From the NCBI GenBank assembly GCA_964016885.1, contig OZ024742.1, positions 120,466,001 to 120,530,000 of the forward strand: a DNA stretch of 64,000 bases. Direction: 5' to 3'. Made by a program: the position numbers and the translations under genes. The notes under the pieces are model-generated. The model was not told the DNA's origin and did not search any database. It saw only the letters and a program-made list of their open reading frames with translations. The DNA comes from Eledone cirrhosa (lineage: Eukaryota). Positions 60,459-64,000 of this stretch are shown in pieces. The first letter of the stretch is position 1. Each line of letters begins with the position of its first letter.

Positions 60459-63400
60459 GACCGTGAGGCAGGCTGACCCTTAAATTTCAATTATGGTAGT
60501 GGCGTGTGGATTAGATTTACTTCCATAAGCATGATTAGCTTTTCATAGATATAAACTACTGCGTAAGCAGTAGTAAGCTTAAGTGTGAGAAATCGCAACT
60601 TAAGAATGTTTATCATAGCTGTCATCCTTATAAAAAGAATGACTATATTGTGTGTGTATGTATTTGTGTATGTATTTGTGTATGCACTGTGTGCATGTGC
60701 AGATTTTTGAAAATGCATACCTATAACTTTTATAAAATGTGATAAGTTGAAGTAATAAAATCAAAGAGAAGGTAAAAGATCCATAATAAATCTGGAAAAG
60801 GCTATTACATAAATCTCAAAAATTGGCTTTCTTGAAAGGTTTTACTCACTAAGTAGTTGGAGAATTTTGGCCAACAAACTGTAATCCTAAATGATATAGA
60901 GCTTAGGTTAAGACTGTTAAGATATCATATGTCAAAGAAAAATAATAATCAAATGTCTTTCATTACTGATTCCAACTTCAAATATATATAATTCTTGGAT
61001 TTACTAAAAATATTCAAAGTAGTTAAAAGCAAAAGCAATGTTATTGCATTACTATAATGGATCAATAATGCCATAACAAATGCTATTCTATATGGAATGC
61101 CATTATGGTCAGACTAACAGTATTGAAATTATTTGAAAGATTTTTTCTCTTTACAACCTTTCATCGATATAGAAAAATCAGTAACAACGTTATTTTTCTA
61201 TTCCTTTATTAAATGTAGTATGAGAAAAGATGAACTAAAAACTGAAATGTTCCATGAAGATAAAATGATTTAATCTTTCGTGAAACATAGACAAATGACA
61301 ACAATACAAATGAATAGTGATGAATTACAACAATAAGAACAACAAAACTCATAACAACATGACAAACAGTTCCTTTTGTGGAAATCTTACTGGAAACATA
61401 GCATCTGAGAATAAATCAATGACTACTTAGTTGTAAAGGAAAATTCCTAAGTGAAGCAACAATCAAATAATTTTATTATGATATCAAGGTTGAGATGAGT
61501 GCATCAAGTAAAACCCTGACCAACCAAGTAGACAATCTAGTTTCAATTCTCTGCTGGAACAATTTTATTTCACTTATATCACTAATGCCCTTGAAAACAC
61601 TGTACAAATGTCATGCTTTGTGCTAATGTAAATCAATATTCTGATACAAGGCTTAGTGAGAAGATGTTTTGTTTACATTTTCTTTTTTCTTCGGCTAGTT
61701 CAGCTCCAGGTGGCAAGAAGTAATATCTCTACTTTTAACAAAAGGATATGACAACAAAAATATTGCAGGGTTGCAATCTAGAACTTGTAGTTAATGATAG
61801 TCAGCCATCAATCTGCTATCACAAACATCCTATCAAGTTGGCACCCAATGTCAAGGTCATTTATTGCTCACCTTAACCCTTTCATTATTATATTTCTAAT
61901 AAAATACACTGCCTGTGATTTTCAAATCATTTTGAAAATAATCACATATTGAGGGATTTGGTAAAATAACTTCCCCATTATTAAACTAGTGTTGAAAATA
62001 TAAATTAACTAAGTTTCTTGTATAAAATGATGGTGATTTGATATGAAAAGAGTTAAATCCCCCTGACAATTAATAGTAAGCTCTTGAGGCGTGAAAGGCT
62101 CAGTTATTCCAGATGGAATATCACACAGAGCCTTAGACTCTGAGCTTACTACTGATATATACATCTATATCAATTCTGGTTCTCAAGAAATTTCACATAA
62201 TTTGATATGAATACTGGTCACCCTATCAAAAATTGACAGATATTTAATGACTATATTCACAAAATTCAGTAAAAGAGCCCTTAAATATCACTGCTATTAT
62301 ATTTTTTAATGATGCCATAAGCTATGCAGGATAATTGACTATGTATAACAAATTTTCAAACTTACATTTCAGCAAAATCTTTAAAGCTTGTCACATTTTC
62401 AAAAACCCACCAAATGATCAGATAGAAAACACATTTTAAAATCAAAAGGACTTTATAGTGAATCAAACTTATCTCCCTTAAATTTCTTCTATGTTACTGA
62501 CAGAGATACAGAAAATATGTAGTAAATCATTTAAATCCTTAGTAAACATAAAAACTGGAAAAAATATTCAGCAATCAACCACACAAAAAAGGAGATAAAA
62601 TTTATTTATAAAACATAACCATACAAACATGCGATAAAAAGTTTGCAAACATACATAATGAATACATATCTAGACAAAATATATAAATGTCAATGTATAA
62701 ATCTAAGTTAATTATAGATTGAACTACATCTGTCAAATAAATACTGCAGAGCTAAGATAAGAACTTATAGACAAGTAAAAACTTCAAAAATAATGCGTGA
62801 ATTCTAGCAAATATGCTAAGAAATTGTCATGAAAAAGTTCACTGTTGCTTTATAAACTTTCAAGTATATACACAGCCACAATAAAATAATCAGCTCAATA
62901 GGTGTTAGCATCTAAAACAGATGTCAATGCATTAATGGTTATCACGACAAGTTTCTATACAAGAAACATTGTGGCAATACACAAATCAAAAGCCATCTAA
63001 AAAAGACCACTAAAAGAAAATTAGGTCTTCATATCTTAATGCAAGCTACTTGATGCTGACATAAGTCAAACAAGTTTGTGTAATAAGTTATAGTCTTTGC
63101 CAATACTATCACCTTAAAACCAGCTGACAGTTTTTCATAAAATATTAAAATTCCTTTCAACATCATAATGGTATGGGCTAGAAAGACCTGCAATACACTT
63201 ATACATTCACCACATGTCATCTAAGAAGTCCAATACTTTCAATACTTCAAATACTTCATAAAAATAAATGAACTTTTTTTGTCCGATATGTATCTTCTCA
63301 CATATTACATATCAATAGCTGTAATTGTCTTTGTTATATACATCAGTCAATTTGTTAAGTTACAGTAAATGACAGAGCATTAAGTTGTGCTTAACCTTTC

Positions 63401-63539
63401 ATCTACCTAAAATACTATACTATCCTCATTCTTCTACAGCCACAACAATACACACTATCTAGTGCCTCCTTCCTCATATTACAGCCTTGAAACATCACAC
63501 TTTTTACACATGCCCTATATAATTTGCCTTCCATGCAGA

Positions 63540-63962
63540 AAGGGAGATATCTGCTGCCATACAGAGGGGGAGATATCTGCTGCCATACAGAGGGAGATAT
63601 CTGCTGCCATACAGAGGGAGATATCTGCTGCTATATAGAGAGGGAGATATTTGCTGCCATACAGAGGGAGATATCTGCTGTTATATAGAGAGGGAGATAT
63701 CTGCTGCCATACAGAGGGAGATATCTGCTGCCATACAGAGGGAGATATCTGCTGCTATATAGAGAGGGAGATATCTGCTGCCATACAGAGGGAGATATCT
63801 GCCTTCCATACAGAGGGAGATATCTGCCTTCCATACAGAGAGGGAGATATCTGCCTTCCATACAGAGGGAGATATCTGCCTTCCATACAGACAGAGGGAG
63901 ATATCGGCTGCCATACAGAGGGAGATATCTGCTGCCATACAGAGGGAGATATCTGCTGCCAA
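63540..63962. repeat. 24-bp minisatellite with length variants, about 17 copies
   Basis: Unit AGAGGGAGATATCTGCTGCCATAC. Confidence 0.93.
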
Positions 63963-64000
63963 CAGAAACAATATCTCTTCAATGACCCATTGATTGATCC

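Overview
AT-rich, microsatellite-rich eukaryotic (metazoan) non-coding DNA. The repeat repertoire (tRNA-derived SINEs and RTE LINEs with (GAT)n tails, (TA)n/(CA)n tracts) suggests a cephalopod such as octopus; this is an inference. No host protein-coding exon could be supported. The window is a dense transposon landscape. It holds one near-full-length RTE/BovB-type LINE (APE endonuclease + RT, with a C4HC3 PHD-type finger inserted inside the RT), many 5'-truncated RTE copies, and fragments of CR1, L1/Tx1 and CRE-type (RLE) LINEs. It also holds an internally deleted DD37D (maT) transposon, Tc2/pogo-like, TTAA and hAT MITEs, Helitron-like termini, two SINE families and four minisatellite arrays (48, 43, 29 and 24 bp units). 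The most unusual signals are: (i) a cluster at 55.9-59.3 kb of hammerhead-ribozyme-like motifs, two of them perfect snap-back palindromes embedded in (TA)n, resembling Penelope-type pLTR/retrozyme remnants; (ii) the PHD finger within the RT; (iii) a 48-bp unit of the RTE 3' UTR that varies from about 1 to 24 copies; (iv) repeated retroelement insertion into the same small TTAA MITE. All alignments were done by eye, so boundaries of degenerate repeats are approximate.
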